Assembly (NCBI GenBank): GCA_964016885.1
Contig: OZ024755.1
Span: 27,900,001-27,964,000, forward strand
Direction of reading: 5' to 3'
DNA: 64,000 bases
Source of the DNA: Eledone cirrhosa
Taxonomy: Eukaryota
Below the pieces are notes generated by a model. The model saw only the letters and a list, made by a program, of their open reading frames with translations, ran no database searches and was not told the DNA's origin. How positions within the stretch are numbered: position 1 is the stretch's first letter; every line of letters begins with the position of its first letter. Below are positions 11,601 through 23,162 of this stretch, piece after piece. Made by a program: the position numbers and the translations under genes.

Positions 11601-13700
11601 TCTTCCATCCATTTGTGTCTTTCCTTTGTGAGGTTCACCCTCCTGAGACCAGCTTCCCTAATATTTGGCTCAGTCTGCCTCGGCATACTTCTACCATGTC
11701 TTCCATCCATTTGTGTCTTTCCTTTGTGAGGTTCACCCTCCTGAGACCAGCTTCCCTAATATCTGGCTCAGCCTGCCTCGGGATACCTCTACCATGTCTT
11801 ATATCCATTTGTGTCTTTCCTTTGTGAGGTTCACCCTCCTGAGACCAGCTTCCCTAACATCTGGCTCAGTCTGTCTCGGGATACCTCTACCATGTCTTCC
11901 ATCCATTTGTGTCTTTCCTTTGTGAGGTTCACCCTCCTGAGACCAGCTTCCCTAATATCTGGCTCAGTCTGTCTCGGGATACCTCTACCATGTCTTCCAT
12001 CCATTTGCCTTTCCTTTGTGAGGTTCACCTTCCTGAGACCAGCTTCCCTAATATCTGGCTCAGTCTGTCTCGGGATACCTCTACCATGTCTTCCATCCAT
12101 TTGCCTTTCCTTTGTGAGGTTCACCCTCCTGAGACCAGCTTCCCTAATATCTGACTCAGTCTGTCTCGGGATACCTCTACTATGTCTTCCATCCATTTGT
12201 CTTTCCTTTGTGAGGTTCACCCTCCTGAGACCAGCTTCCCTAATATCTGGCTCAGTCTGCCTCGGCATACCTCTACCATGTCTTCCATCCATTTGTGTCT
12301 TTCCGTTGTGAGGTTCACCTTCTTGAGATCAGCTTCCCTAATATCTGGCTCAGTCTGCCTCGGGATACCTCTACCATGTCTTCCATCCATTTGTGTCTTT
12401 CCTTTGTGAGGTTCACCCTCCTGAGATCAGCTTCCCTAATATCTGGCTCAGTCTGCCTCGGCATACCTCTACCATGTCTTCCATCCATTTGTGTCTTTCC
12501 GTTGTGAGGTTCACATTCTTGAGACCAGCTTCCCTAATATCTGGCTCAGTCTGCCTCGGGATACCTCTACCATGTCTTCCATCCATTTGTGTCTTTCCTT
12601 TGTGAGGTTCACCTTCTTGAGATCTGCTTCCCTAATATCTGGCTCAGTCTGCCTCGGGATACCTCTACCATGTCTTCCATCCATTTGTCTTTCCTTTGTG
12701 AGGTTCACCCTCCTGAGACCAGCTTCCCTAATATCTGGCTCAGTCTGCCTCGGCATACCTCTACCATGTCTTCCATCCATTTGTGTCTTTCCTTTGTGAG
12801 GTTCACCTTCTTGAGATCAGCTTCCCTAATATCTGGCTCAGTCTGCCTCGGGATACCTCTACCATGTCTTCCATCCATTTGTGTCTTTCCGTTGTGAGGT
12901 TCACTTTCTTGAGATCAGCTTCCCTAATATCTGGCTCAGTCTGCCTCGGGATACCTCTACCATGTCTTCCATCCATTTGTGTCTTTCCTTTGTGTGGTTC
13001 ACCCTCCTGAGACCAGCTTCCCTAATATCTGGCTCAGTCTGCCTCGGGATACCTCTACCATGTCTTATATCCATTTGTCTTTCCTTTGTGAGGTTCACCT
13101 TCCTGAGACCAGCTTCCCTAATATCTGGCTCAGTCTGCCTCAGGATACCTCTACCATGTCTTCCATCCATTTGTGTCTTTCCGTTGTGAGGTTCACCTTC
13201 TTGAGATCAGCTTCCCTAATATCTGGCTCAGTCTGCCTCGGGATACCTCTACCATGTCTTCCATCCATTTGTGTCTTTCCTTTGTGTGGTTCACCCTCCT
13301 GAGACCAGCTTCCCTAATATCTGGCTCAGTCTGCCTCGGGATACCTCTACCATGTCTTATATCCATTTGTGTCTTTCCTTTGTGAGGTTCACCCTCCTGA
13401 GACCAGCTTCCCTAATATCTGGCTCAGTCTGCCTCGGGATACCTCTACCATGTCTTATATCCATTTGTGTCTTTCCTTTGTGAGGTTCACCCTCCTGAGA
13501 CCAGCTTCCCTAATATCTGGCTCAGTTTGCCTCGGGATACCTCTACCATGTCTTATATCCATTTGTGCCTTTCCTTTGTGAGGTTCACCCTCCTGAGACC
13601 AGCTTCCCTAATATCTGGCTCATTCTATCTTCGAATAACTCTACCCTTTCTTCCATCTATTTGTGTCTTTTCTTTGTAAGGTTACTCTCCTAAAGATCAA
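8609..13700. repeat. Satellite array of 98/96-bp units, about 52 copies
   Basis: Unit tgaggttcaccctcctgagaccagcttccctaatatctggctcagtctgcctcgggatacctctaccatgtcttccatccatttgtgtctttcctttg; contiguous, no unique spacers; diverged units at both edges. Confidence 0.97.
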
Positions 13701-14224
13701 TTTTCCCCATGTCACCCAAATCTTCTCTGGCCCACCTTTATCACATAGCCCCCTCCACTTGGATCCAGATATGTTTTTATGTCCACACCAAGACTAAATG
13801 GTTTTTTACTCTATGCTGTCTCCATTTGATGTCTAACCACTTTACAGAGTGTACTGGGAGCAGTTTACTGTGGCACCAGCACTGGGGAGGTTGCTATGTC
13901 TTTGACTGAACTGAACAGTTCTTTGTTTCACATGGCTTCTACAACAGATGCCCTTAACTCTAGCCTAACATGAAAATTATTACTAAATTTCTCCAAATTC
14001 CTGATTATTTTCAAAACTATTTGTAAACCATTAGTAATGTCTTTCATTTAAAAATATCATAATGAAGGGGTTAATTACCCTTTAATCCTTTAGTTACCAA
14101 CTCTGTTAAAACTGGTTCTGGTTTTATGAAATAAAACCACCTATTTTAAAGGTTTCCAATTTAAATTAAAATCTAACATAATTTTATATAAGAACCTTAG
14201 ATTAAGTTATCTTAGTAATGAAAT

Positions 14225-14410
14225 AATTGTTTCTACTTTTAGCACAAGGCCAGCAATTACCCAGTTCATTACTGGTACTTTATTTTATCGACCCTATAAG
14301 GATGAAAGGCAAAGTCAACCTTGGCGGGATTTGAACTCAGATCGTAAAGGGACGTAACTATGCTGGAAAGTATGGCGTCCGACCCTCTACCGATACTGCC
14401 AATCCACCGT
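14225..14410 (-). mobile_element. tRNA-derived SINE
   Basis: Full consensus match. Confidence 0.85.
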
Positions 14411-14809
14411 CCTTTACATCTTAGTAATGAAATAATCAATAATTTTAGTAAATTCCTCAAAATTCTTCATTAATTAATTGAAATAGTGTGTATTCCATTA
14501 GAAAAACTGCCATGAAAGGGTTAAGTAAGTAAATCAGTACATACATTTTAATTAGCAGTATTTAAAATATAATTAAAACTTACCAACTCTATGTATTATT
14601 GTGATTGTTATTACTAATTAAGGGAAATGATTATAAGTGCAGGTATGATCATGTATAAGGGTTAGCATTTCTCTGTTTGCTTTTCCATGTTGGCATGGGT
14701 TGGACCAGGTTACTTGAGGCAATTTTCCACAGCCAGATGCCCCTCATACTTTTATGCCCACTTTTCCATGCTGGTATATATGTATTTATTATATATACAC
14801 ACAAATCTA

Positions 14810-15145
14810 TAGACACAACATCCCTCAAAGAGGCTCAAGAAATGATGAACTGGTTTTCACTTACCTATAAGGCTTTTGGTCTAACAATCAGCATCAAGAA
14901 GACTGAGGTAGTACATCAACCAAAGCCATCCCTCAGACATGTAGGAGACATTAAACAGGTGTAGCCAGATCAGGGGCATCTTCTTGCACCTCTCACTATT
15001 GATGGCAAGGACTTGAAGTATGTGAGCTCCTTTAATTAACTTGGCAGCAGGGTGAACCACTCTGCATCCCTGGATGATGAGATTGTTAATCGTATTTCCA
15101 AGGTAACTGGTGCTTTTGGCAGACTACATCACCGCCTATGGAGTG
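14810..15145 (+). pseudogene. Decayed RTE/BovB-like reverse transcriptase fragment
   Basis: Translations FGLTISIKKTEVVHQP and LDDEIVNRISKVTGAFGRLHHRLW, with stops and frameshifts. Confidence 0.7.
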
Positions 15146-15639
15146 TCATGGTAATAACGTGAACACTATAAGCATTTAACCCTTAATCATACAACCATGC
15201 CTGCACCTTTCAATAAAATATTTCTTCAGAATCTGGAAATCCAGCCTAGATATGGTATGTATATATTCCTTTGACACCATCATGAGGAGGAGGATGACAA
15301 CACAACACCCTAATCAGGGGTTCCAATCCCCTTGATCACCCTGCAAGTAAGTGGGCCATTTATCATATTATTTTGAAAGAAATGACGTCCTTGTAATCCC
15401 ATTCTTTCCACTGTTGTATTGTACCGTATATGATTATATGATTGGTTAATCCTACTTTCTTTTCCGAGTCGCGTCATATCTGATTGGTCAACCGTACTTT
15501 CACTTTCGCATTGCGTCATATATTGTACTTTGTCTCACATTGTGTCATATCTGATTGATAAATATTTACTTTCACTTTTTGGAACACACATTGTAATATT
15601 TGCGATAAATTTTTTTTTATTGGTTAATTTTGCATTAAT

Positions 15640-16420
15640 TTGCAAGCCATTTACAGAGGAGCTGTCAGTAATGTGAGAGTAGGAAGTGAGGTTAGTGAGG
15701 AATTCAAGGTACAGGTAGGAGTTCATCAAGTTTCAGTTCTTAGCCCACTGTTGTTCATCATAGTTCTCCAGTCCATAGCAGAGGAGTTTAAAGCTGGCTG
15801 TCCAAGAGAACTTCTCTATGCAGATGGTCTGATCCGTATAGCTGAATCCATATAAGTACTATTGAATAATTTCTGATTATGGAAATGGAATTTGGAATCA
15901 AAAGGTCTGAGAGTAAACAACAAAAACTAAATTGCTAGTAAGTAGGAAAGAAGATAGGACACTGATTCTTTCAAGGAAGTGACCCTGCTCAAAATATAGA
16001 AATGAAGCAAGCATAACCTTCATATAATATACACAATGTAAATCTTGGGTACACAAAGGATGTAGTGGGATAACAAGTAGACTAATAGGAAAGGGGTAAT
16101 CGAGGAGGAGAGTGTCAATGATATAAACTATTTCCGATCGCAGGAAGGATCCATAGAAGTGGTTGATAGCTTCTACTATCTAGGTGACTTAATTAGCAGT
16201 AGAAGAGGGTGCTCTGGGAGCATAATAGCAAGAGTAAGGATAGAATGGAAGAGGTTTAGAGAGCTACTTCCACTGTTGATAACAAAGGGTTTCTCCCTAC
16301 AAACGATGCCTGTAATGCTGCATGGTAGTGAAACATGGGCAATGACTGTAAAGGACCAGTGTAGGCTGGAGAGAAATGAAGCAACCATACTTCATTGGAT
16401 GTGCAATGTAAATGTGTGAG
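15640..16420 (+). pseudogene. Decayed RTE LINE RT fragment related to the 16.6-20 kb element
   Basis: VGVHQVSVLSPLLF, ELLYADGL, MLHGSETWA motifs. Confidence 0.85.
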
Positions 16421-16469
16421 GAAGGCAGAGGTTAGATGAACGAGGGGAGAATCGGGTTTTACTCTATTT

Positions 16470-16625
16470 TGATATCTGAAGAAATCTCGATATCTATCGT
16501 CATTGAAATATGTATAACGGCTCAATTAGTAAAAGACTCTTTAATAACATCTACAACTTCCTCAATCTAAATATACTCCATCATCCTTATTATTTTGAAG
16601 AAGCAATGTGATATTGAGTGCTTGA
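16470..16625 (+). mobile_element. Penelope-type 3' fragment with degenerate hammerhead motif
   Basis: CTGAAGA(16476)-aat..cgata/tatcg..att-GAAAT-atgt-ATA; stem I poorly paired; tail atactc...gagtgct. Confidence 0.45.
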
Positions 16626-16631
16626 AGTGAA

Positions 16632-17171
16632 TTGCATCCATGTCTACTGAATATATATATTTTCTGGGTGGGAAATGACAATGGGCTGGGTGGAGTAGGA
16701 ATCATGTTAGCAGAAAAATGGGTGGATAAGATAATAGACGTAAATAGAGTAAACGACAGAATAATTAAAATAAGACTTGTTCTAAATAGAACTACTGTGA
16801 CGATAATATCTGCGTACGCGTCCCAATCCGGACTGCCTGGCGCTATAAAAGACACTTTCTATGAGACACTGATGCTCACTACCTCCCAAATAACCGACAG
16901 TGACTATATAATTATTGCTGGCGACCTAAATGGTCACGTTGGACAACATTGTGACGGCTATGATGAAATCCATGGAGGCTATGGGTTTGGTACTAGAAAT
17001 GAGGAAGGCTCCAGAATCCTGGAATTTTGTGACGCAAATTACCTAACAATCTGTAACACTAACTTCAAAAAACGAGACAATCACTTGATCACCTACAGAT
17101 CAGGGGAACATACCAGCCAGGTAGATTATATCCTGACCAGAAGACGTGACAGAGTCTGTTGTAAACACTAA
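16632..17171 (+). pseudogene. Apurinic-like endonuclease domain of the RTE ORF
   Basis: GVGIML, ISAYASQ, GDLNGHVG, ICNTNFKK, QVDYIL. Confidence 0.9.
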
Positions 17172-17875
17172 ATCCCTCCCCCATGAAGAATGCACCTCCC
17201 AACATAGACTGATAATTAGCGACCTCATAGTCAGGACGAGACGTACTCGACAGCAGAAGAGGACTATCCTCAAGAGAAAAATATGGAAGCTAAAGGACCC
17301 CACAGCCAGAAATAAATTTCAAAGCATATTACTTGATGCTTTCGACAGTAAGGAAGAGCATTTAGAGTCGGACAATATAGAGGGACAGTGGGAATTCCTG
17401 AAAGCAAACCTGCTGATGGCGGCAGACGAAGTCTGTGGCCGGAGCAGGCCTATAGGCAGGAGGAGAGTAACATGGTGGTGGAACAGTAAGGTGGAGGAGT
17501 CGATTAAGGCCAAAAAGCAGGCTTGGAAAGTATGGTGGGATGGGGGAAGTAGAGAAGACTATCAAGTGGCCAGGAGGGAAGCTAGGAGACAAGTGTACTT
17601 CGCAAGAAGGGAAGCAGAGGAAAGAAAGTTCAAGCATGTTCTACAACGTGAGGACCAAAAACGTGAGGTGTTCAGGATTGCTAGGCAATGTGTCAAGGAA
17701 AACCGTGATATTGTTGGGGAGAAGTGTGTACTAAATGATGATGGCGTACTCGCCATCACTGACGCTGATAAGAAGGTCGCTTGGAAGTGTCACTACGAGA
17801 GGCTACTAACTAAATGAGGAGAATAAATGGGAGAAGGATAGTCTCCCCCAGATCGATCCAATAGAGGGACCAGCA

Positions 17876-19042
17876 GTGTTAGTTGAAGGTAGTATAATAA
17901 GTAAGGCAATCAAAGATATGAAGACGGGTAAGGCGGCTGGGCCTTCGGAAATAGTTGCTGAGATGCTAAAGGCCTCTGGAACGGTGGGACACACCATGAT
18001 CACCCGGATAGTAAACCAAGTCATACAGAATGGGGTTGTTCCGAAGGACTGGCGTAGCAGCATCATCATTAACTGTTACAAGGGAAAAGGAGACGCCCTA
18101 GATAGGATTAACTATAGAGGGATTAAATTAATCGACCAGGTCATGAAGGTCACGGAAAAAGTAATAGTGCAACTAATCAGAGAGAGAATCGATCTAGATG
18201 AAATGCAGTTCGGGTTTGTGTCAGGCAAAAGTACCACAGACGCTCTTTTCATTGTACGACAACTACAGGAGAAGTACCTAGCTAAAAGTAAACCCCTATA
18301 CTTAGCCTTTGTCGACTTGGAGAAAGCCTTCGACAGAGTCCCCCGTTCCATTATCTGGTGGGCTCTTAGAAAACTAGGTGTTGACGAATGGCTTGTGAGA
18401 GCTATACAAGCCATGTATAAAGAAACAGTGAGCAAGGTTAGAATTAACAACGAATATAGTGAAGAGTTTAGCGTAAAAGTTGGTGTCTATCAGGGCTCTG
18501 TTCTTAGCCCCCTACTATTCATTATTGCTCTTCAGGCTATAACAGAGGAGTTCAAGACCGGCTGCTCATGGGAACTCCTATACGCAGATGACCTAACGCT
18601 CATAGCTGAATCAATGGCCGAGCTAGAGAAGAAATTCCAAACATGGAAGCACGGCCTAGAATCAAAAGGCCTTAAAATTAACCTGGCTAAGACTAAAGTT
18701 CTAGTTTGTAGGAAAGAAAATAAGGCGGCGGTCCCTTCCGGGAAATGGCCATGCTCAGTGTGTAGGAAAGGCGTAGGTAGAAACTCCATTTTATGTCCCA
18801 AATGCAAAGTATGGGTGCATAAAAGATGTAGTGGGATCACAGGTAAGCTAACTAAGAACACAGATTTTACATGTGGCCGGTGCTCTGGTGCAATAAGTAG
18901 CAGCAAGTGCCCACAAAATACTAGCTCTTTCAACTGCGCAGAGGGTTCTATAGAAATAGTGGACAGCTTCCGTTACCTGGGTGACAAAATCAGCAGTGGG
19001 GGAGGGTGCTCTGAAAGTACAGTAGCTAGAGTCAGAACTTGA
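17876..19042 (+). pseudogene. Reverse transcriptase domain plus C4HC3 finger of the RTE ORF
   Basis: 388-aa frame with NYRGIKL, QFGF, DLEKAFD, YADD and CSVC...CPKC...H..C...CGRC. Confidence 0.93.
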
Positions 19043-19695
19043 TGGAAAAGTTCAGAGATCTTATACCACTATTAGCCGCTAAAGGGTTCTCCCTAAAAAT
19101 GAAAGGCAGATTGTATGATGCCTGCATACGAACAGCAATGTTGCATGGCAGTGAGACCTGGGCATTGTGTGCAGAGGATATACGCAGACTAGAGAGGAAC
19201 GAAGCTTGCATGCTCCGCTGGATGTGTAATAGTAATATACGCGAACGGCAAAGCATAAACGAACTAAGGAAAAAAATAGAAATAAGAGGGATCAGATGTT
19301 GTCTACTCGAGAGAAGGCTACGTTGGTATGGTCACGTGATGCGCATGAAAGACGACAGCTGTATAGCAAAGTGCAGGGCAATAAAGATAGACGGTAGCCA
19401 CGGAGTAGGCAGAGCCAGAAAAACCTGGGACGAGCTGATAAATTCCGACCTCACACACTTACACCTCTCCAAGACAATGTCACTGGACCGAGACCTTTGG
19501 CGGTACTCAGTAATAGAGAAGACCCGCCTTACCTAAATACAAAGTAAAACCTACTACAGTCAGTAGGCATCTCTAACAAAATACACCACCCCCACCTCAT
19601 CCACACCATCCCTTTCAATGTAAAGTTATGTTGGTGCCACAAAATCCAGGCCGAAACAAATGAGATCGTGTAGGTGTCACGACAAAAAAAACACA

Positions 19696-19924
19696 CAGTC
19701 CACGCTGTAATGTGACCGTGTAGGCAACACGGTAAAAACCTCCCAGTCCCACACTGTAAATGTGGTTGGTGTTAGGAAGGGCATCCAGCTGTAGAAAACC
19801 TGCCAGACAGTCCACGCTGTAATGTGGCCGTGTAGGCAACACGGTAAAAACCTCCCAGCCCCACACTGTAAATGTGGTTGGTGTTAGGAAGGGCATCCAA
19901 CTGTAGAAAACCCGCCAGACAGTC
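19696..19924 (+). repeat. Tandem duplication of about 112 bp in the RTE 3'UTR
   Basis: Two copies of acagtccacgctgtaatgtg...ttggtgttaggaagggcatcca.ctgtagaaaacc. Confidence 0.85.
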
Positions 19925-20030
19925 CTATGCGAGCAAGACAACTACTCTTGCCTCAAGTGGGAAAACTCCCGTCCAAACCCATGCAAGCGTGGAACATGGA
20001 CGTTAAACGATGATGATGATGATGATGATA

Positions 20031-20414
20031 TATATAGAAAGGATAAAAAGGACGATTGATTATTCCTTCATTGCATTTATTGATAGGTGACGCGCGTTTC
20101 GCCACTGATCAGCTCAAGGTTCGATCTATATCGATCCTACCCGACTCAATAATCGTTTTCTTATAGCATTTTAAGAGGGTCCGTCGAGCTGCCGATTATT
20201 GAGTCGGGTAGGATCGATATAGATCGAACCTTGAGCTGATCAGTGGCGAAACGCGCGTCACCTATCAATAAATGCAATGAAGGAATAATCAATCGTCCTT
20301 TTTATCCTTTCTATATTTTACACTCTGTATAGCTCTACACATCATCACAGAAGTGAACCTAAACATCGAGTGCTCTCCCAGGTGAACCTGCAGTAACTCC
20401 TAGTTACACCCACT

Positions 20415-20418
<4 letters not shown>
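20031..20418 (+). mobile_element. Penelope-type foldback module, family B
   Basis: Inverted arms 20031-20156 and 20193-20316; hammerhead-like gggt-CCGTCGA-gctgc...gtggc-GAAAC-gcgc-GTC-acct (core degenerate); 100-nt tail; relatives at 44100-44293 and 62460-62595. Confidence 0.75.
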
Positions 20419-20459
<41 letters not shown>

Positions 20460-20652
20460 GCGGGATAGCAGGCAAACTAACAGGTAGGGAGAAATATGTA
20501 TGCAGTAGATGTACAGGGAAATTAGACAGTAGAAGTCGCATTGATAGACACATTTTTCAAATGCAGGGGGGCCTGCTATAGAAGTGGTGGATAGCTTCCG
20601 GTACCTAGGAGATCAGATTAGCATGGGAGGGGGGTGTTCCGAGGCCATAGTT
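20460..20652 (+). pseudogene. Short RTE RT fragment, near-duplicate of 22332-22503
   Basis: Encodes IEVVDSFRYLGDQISMGGGCSEAIV. Confidence 0.75.
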
Positions 20653-20692
20653 AAATCCTCTTGACAACTACAATCTTCCCATATAAGGAAGT

Positions 20693-20788
20693 ACCCCTTG
20701 AAAAGTTCGGCTATTTATTCACCAGGCTAAAAATTCTAGTTTAGTCCAGAAATAGCCGTCGAAACGGCTTCAGCTCTGCCGTCGGGGT
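20693..20788 (+). ncRNA. Type I hammerhead motif with U3-A8 core variant (family A, complete copy)
   Basis: acccc-TTGAAAA-g..cggctattt...aaatagccg.c-GAAACGGC-ttcagctct-GCCGTC-ggggt; stems I, II and III all pair. Confidence 0.7.
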
Positions 20789-20854
20789 CATACTTTTTCC
20801 TATATATATATATATATATATAAAAGATATTTCCTATATATATATATATATAAA

Positions 20855-20887
<33 letters not shown>

Positions 20888-21028
20888 ATATTTCCTATAT
20901 ATATATAAGATATTTCCTAAATATATATATATATATATATTAAATATATTAATTTAACAATCAAAATAATAAGTCAAGTTAATTTACCTATTCATTACGG
21001 ACCCTACCACGAAGGGTAGATCACATAG

Positions 21029-21059
<31 letters not shown>

Positions 21060-21335
21060 TACACACACACTCGCACACACATTGATTTTGTTGGTACGTC
21101 TTTTTCTAAGAATTTGTTTGTAAACATATGCGTGTATAGTCACAATTCAATTTTTTTTAAGGGAGATAACTTAGATTTGTACTTTGCAGTAATCTCCCTT
21201 TGTAAGATTGTAGGCTGGATTGAGAGTTATATATCTGAGACTGAATCATCAATAATGTAATAAAAGTATTGTGAAAGGGATTCTCTATAGTCTAATATGT
21301 TTGCGGTATTTTACATCTAAAACTATATTATTGAA

Positions 21336-22335
21336 CTAGCAGTTTAGCCCGGCGTTGCTCAGGTTTGTTCATTTGCTATGAAAAGTTACATACAGGTAAA
21401 CGTGGCTTGAAAGCGAATAAGCCTATCAATTAAGTGCATAAAGCAGTTGAACCGGTTATTAAAAGTTACGAACCAATTAGCATTTTGGACAATCACTGAT
21501 GGGTTAATAATCTTCCAATAGCGAATTTAGCAGACCAAAGTTGCAAGATGGTGGCCCTGATGCCGCTGGGTCTTAGGTCTGTCCGCCATGGGTGACCCTA
21601 CCAGGAAATAGTTTTCCAGACGGGTTAGCCCCAACACCTCCAACAACATCTATAGCACCTCTTTGTAGACGATATTGCGTGTCATCCATTGAGGAGTGTA
21701 AGCAAAAAGTCCATTCCTGCTCCCTACGCGGGAACAGGCAACATAAAGCTGGCCATAGGAGAAGCATGGCTCCCCCAAATGGATGTCCGCCACCGACAAT
21801 GTTTGCCATTGTGACTTGTTAATGGACATGGCAAAACATGGTCTCACCGAGAATTGGGATCGCCGGAAATCGAACGGGATATCTGACGCCGAGAGGAAAA
21901 GGTTCATCCTTGGAAGTGTATTCGGCAGAATTTTCAGAAGTACAACACTATGGGTGTTGTCATATTAATATTTAACCAATGAAAGTCGTAAAAAATAAAT
22001 AATTTAAACATTCCGATTCATATAGCATAAATCTGTTATATGAAGTGTTATTTTGCGGGTTGTTATTTGCAATAAGCCGATTTAAAATACCCAGAAAAGC
22101 CGTATGTCAATACGGAACTCCAATGACTCCCCAGCAATTAAATTATAGTGAGGGGGAATAATCTATTATAGAAAGTGGGAATAGCGATGGAGAGAGTAAA
22201 GCTAAGAAACTATAGGGATGTGTGTAAAACAGTGTTGTCATATAGAGAGTGAAGAGCGACAGAGAGAGTAAAGCAGTTAAGTTATAGAGAGGGGAAATAA
22301 TCTATATAAGTATATATAACTTTCTTTTTATAGGT
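21336..22335 (-). mobile_element. Helitron remnant with PIF1-helicase C-terminal fragment
   Basis: ORF 21650-21907 FRRSQFSVRPCFAMSINKSQ.QTL...GQLYVACSRV; minus-strand 3' end cctgagcaacgccggg hairpin then CTAG|T at 21336; 5' boundary uncertain. Confidence 0.8.
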
Positions 22336-23050
22336 AGGGGGAAATATGTATGCAGTAGATGTACAGGGAAATTAGACAGTAGAAGTCACATTGATAGACA
22401 CATTTTTCAAATGCAGGCGGGTGCGATAGAAGTGGTGGAGAGCTTGCGGTACCCAGATCAGATTAGCATGGGATGGTAGGGGGGTGTTCCGAGGCCATAG
22501 TATCTAGAATAAGGACGGGTTGGAAGAAGTTTAGGGAGCTGCTTCCTCTGCTGACGAAGAAGGGTTTCTCCCTGCGTACGAAAGGCCGGTTATATGATGC
22601 CTGTGTGAGGAGCGCGATGTTGCATGGTAGTGAGACATGGGCAGCAACAGCAGAGGATATGCGACGGCTGGAGAGAAATGAGGCAAGCATGCTCCATTGG
22701 ATGTGCAGTGTCAATGTGCGTGAACGACCCAGCATGAATGTGTTGAGAGAGAAACTGTGTTTGAGAGGGATAGAATGTAGTATACGGGAGAGGAGACTGA
22801 GGTGGTATGGACATGTGATGCGTATGGAGGATGACCGATGGGTGAAGAAGTGCCACGAAATGCCAGTTGAAGGAAGACGTGGTAGACGTAGACCACGAAA
22901 AACATGGGCGGAGGTGGTGAGAACAGACCTCAGATCGCTGAAGCTCACGGTGGAGATGGTGAAGGACCGTGACAAGTGGAGAGATGCTGTGCTGAATAAG
23001 ACCCGTCCCACCCTTGCAAGCTGGAAAGAGCGGACGTAAAATGATGATCA
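22332..23050 (+). mobile_element. RTE LINE 3' fragment with short (GAT)n tail
   Basis: ORF 22473-23039 RIRTGWKKFREL, MLHGSETWA, RLRWYGHVMR, GRRRPRKTW; ends ggacgtaaaatgatgat. Confidence 0.92.
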
Positions 23051-23051
23051 C

Positions 23052-23083
<32 letters not shown>

Positions 23084-23084
23084 T

Positions 23085-23121
<37 letters not shown>

Positions 23122-23162
23122 TTATATATATGTATATATATATATATATATGTATATGTATA

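Larger units (their letters stand above)
16632..20029 (+). mobile_element. RTE-clade non-LTR retrotransposon, 5'-truncated and frameshifted (APE, RT, PHD-like finger, 3'UTR, (GAT)n tail)
   Basis: APE motifs SAYA, AGDLNGHVG, SQVDYIL; RT motifs FVDLEKAFDRV, QGSVLSPLLF, YADDL; C-terminal RLRWYGHVMR; tail taaacgatgatgatgat. Confidence 0.95.

Noticed and set aside
8609-13700. CRISPR array or repeat-protein gene
   Set aside because: Units are contiguous with no unique spacers, there are no cas genes and the context is eukaryotic; 98-bp units shift frame constantly
16632-19536. Intact, active LINE ORF
   Set aside because: Frameshifts or stops near 17150, 17815 and 19040, and 5' truncation
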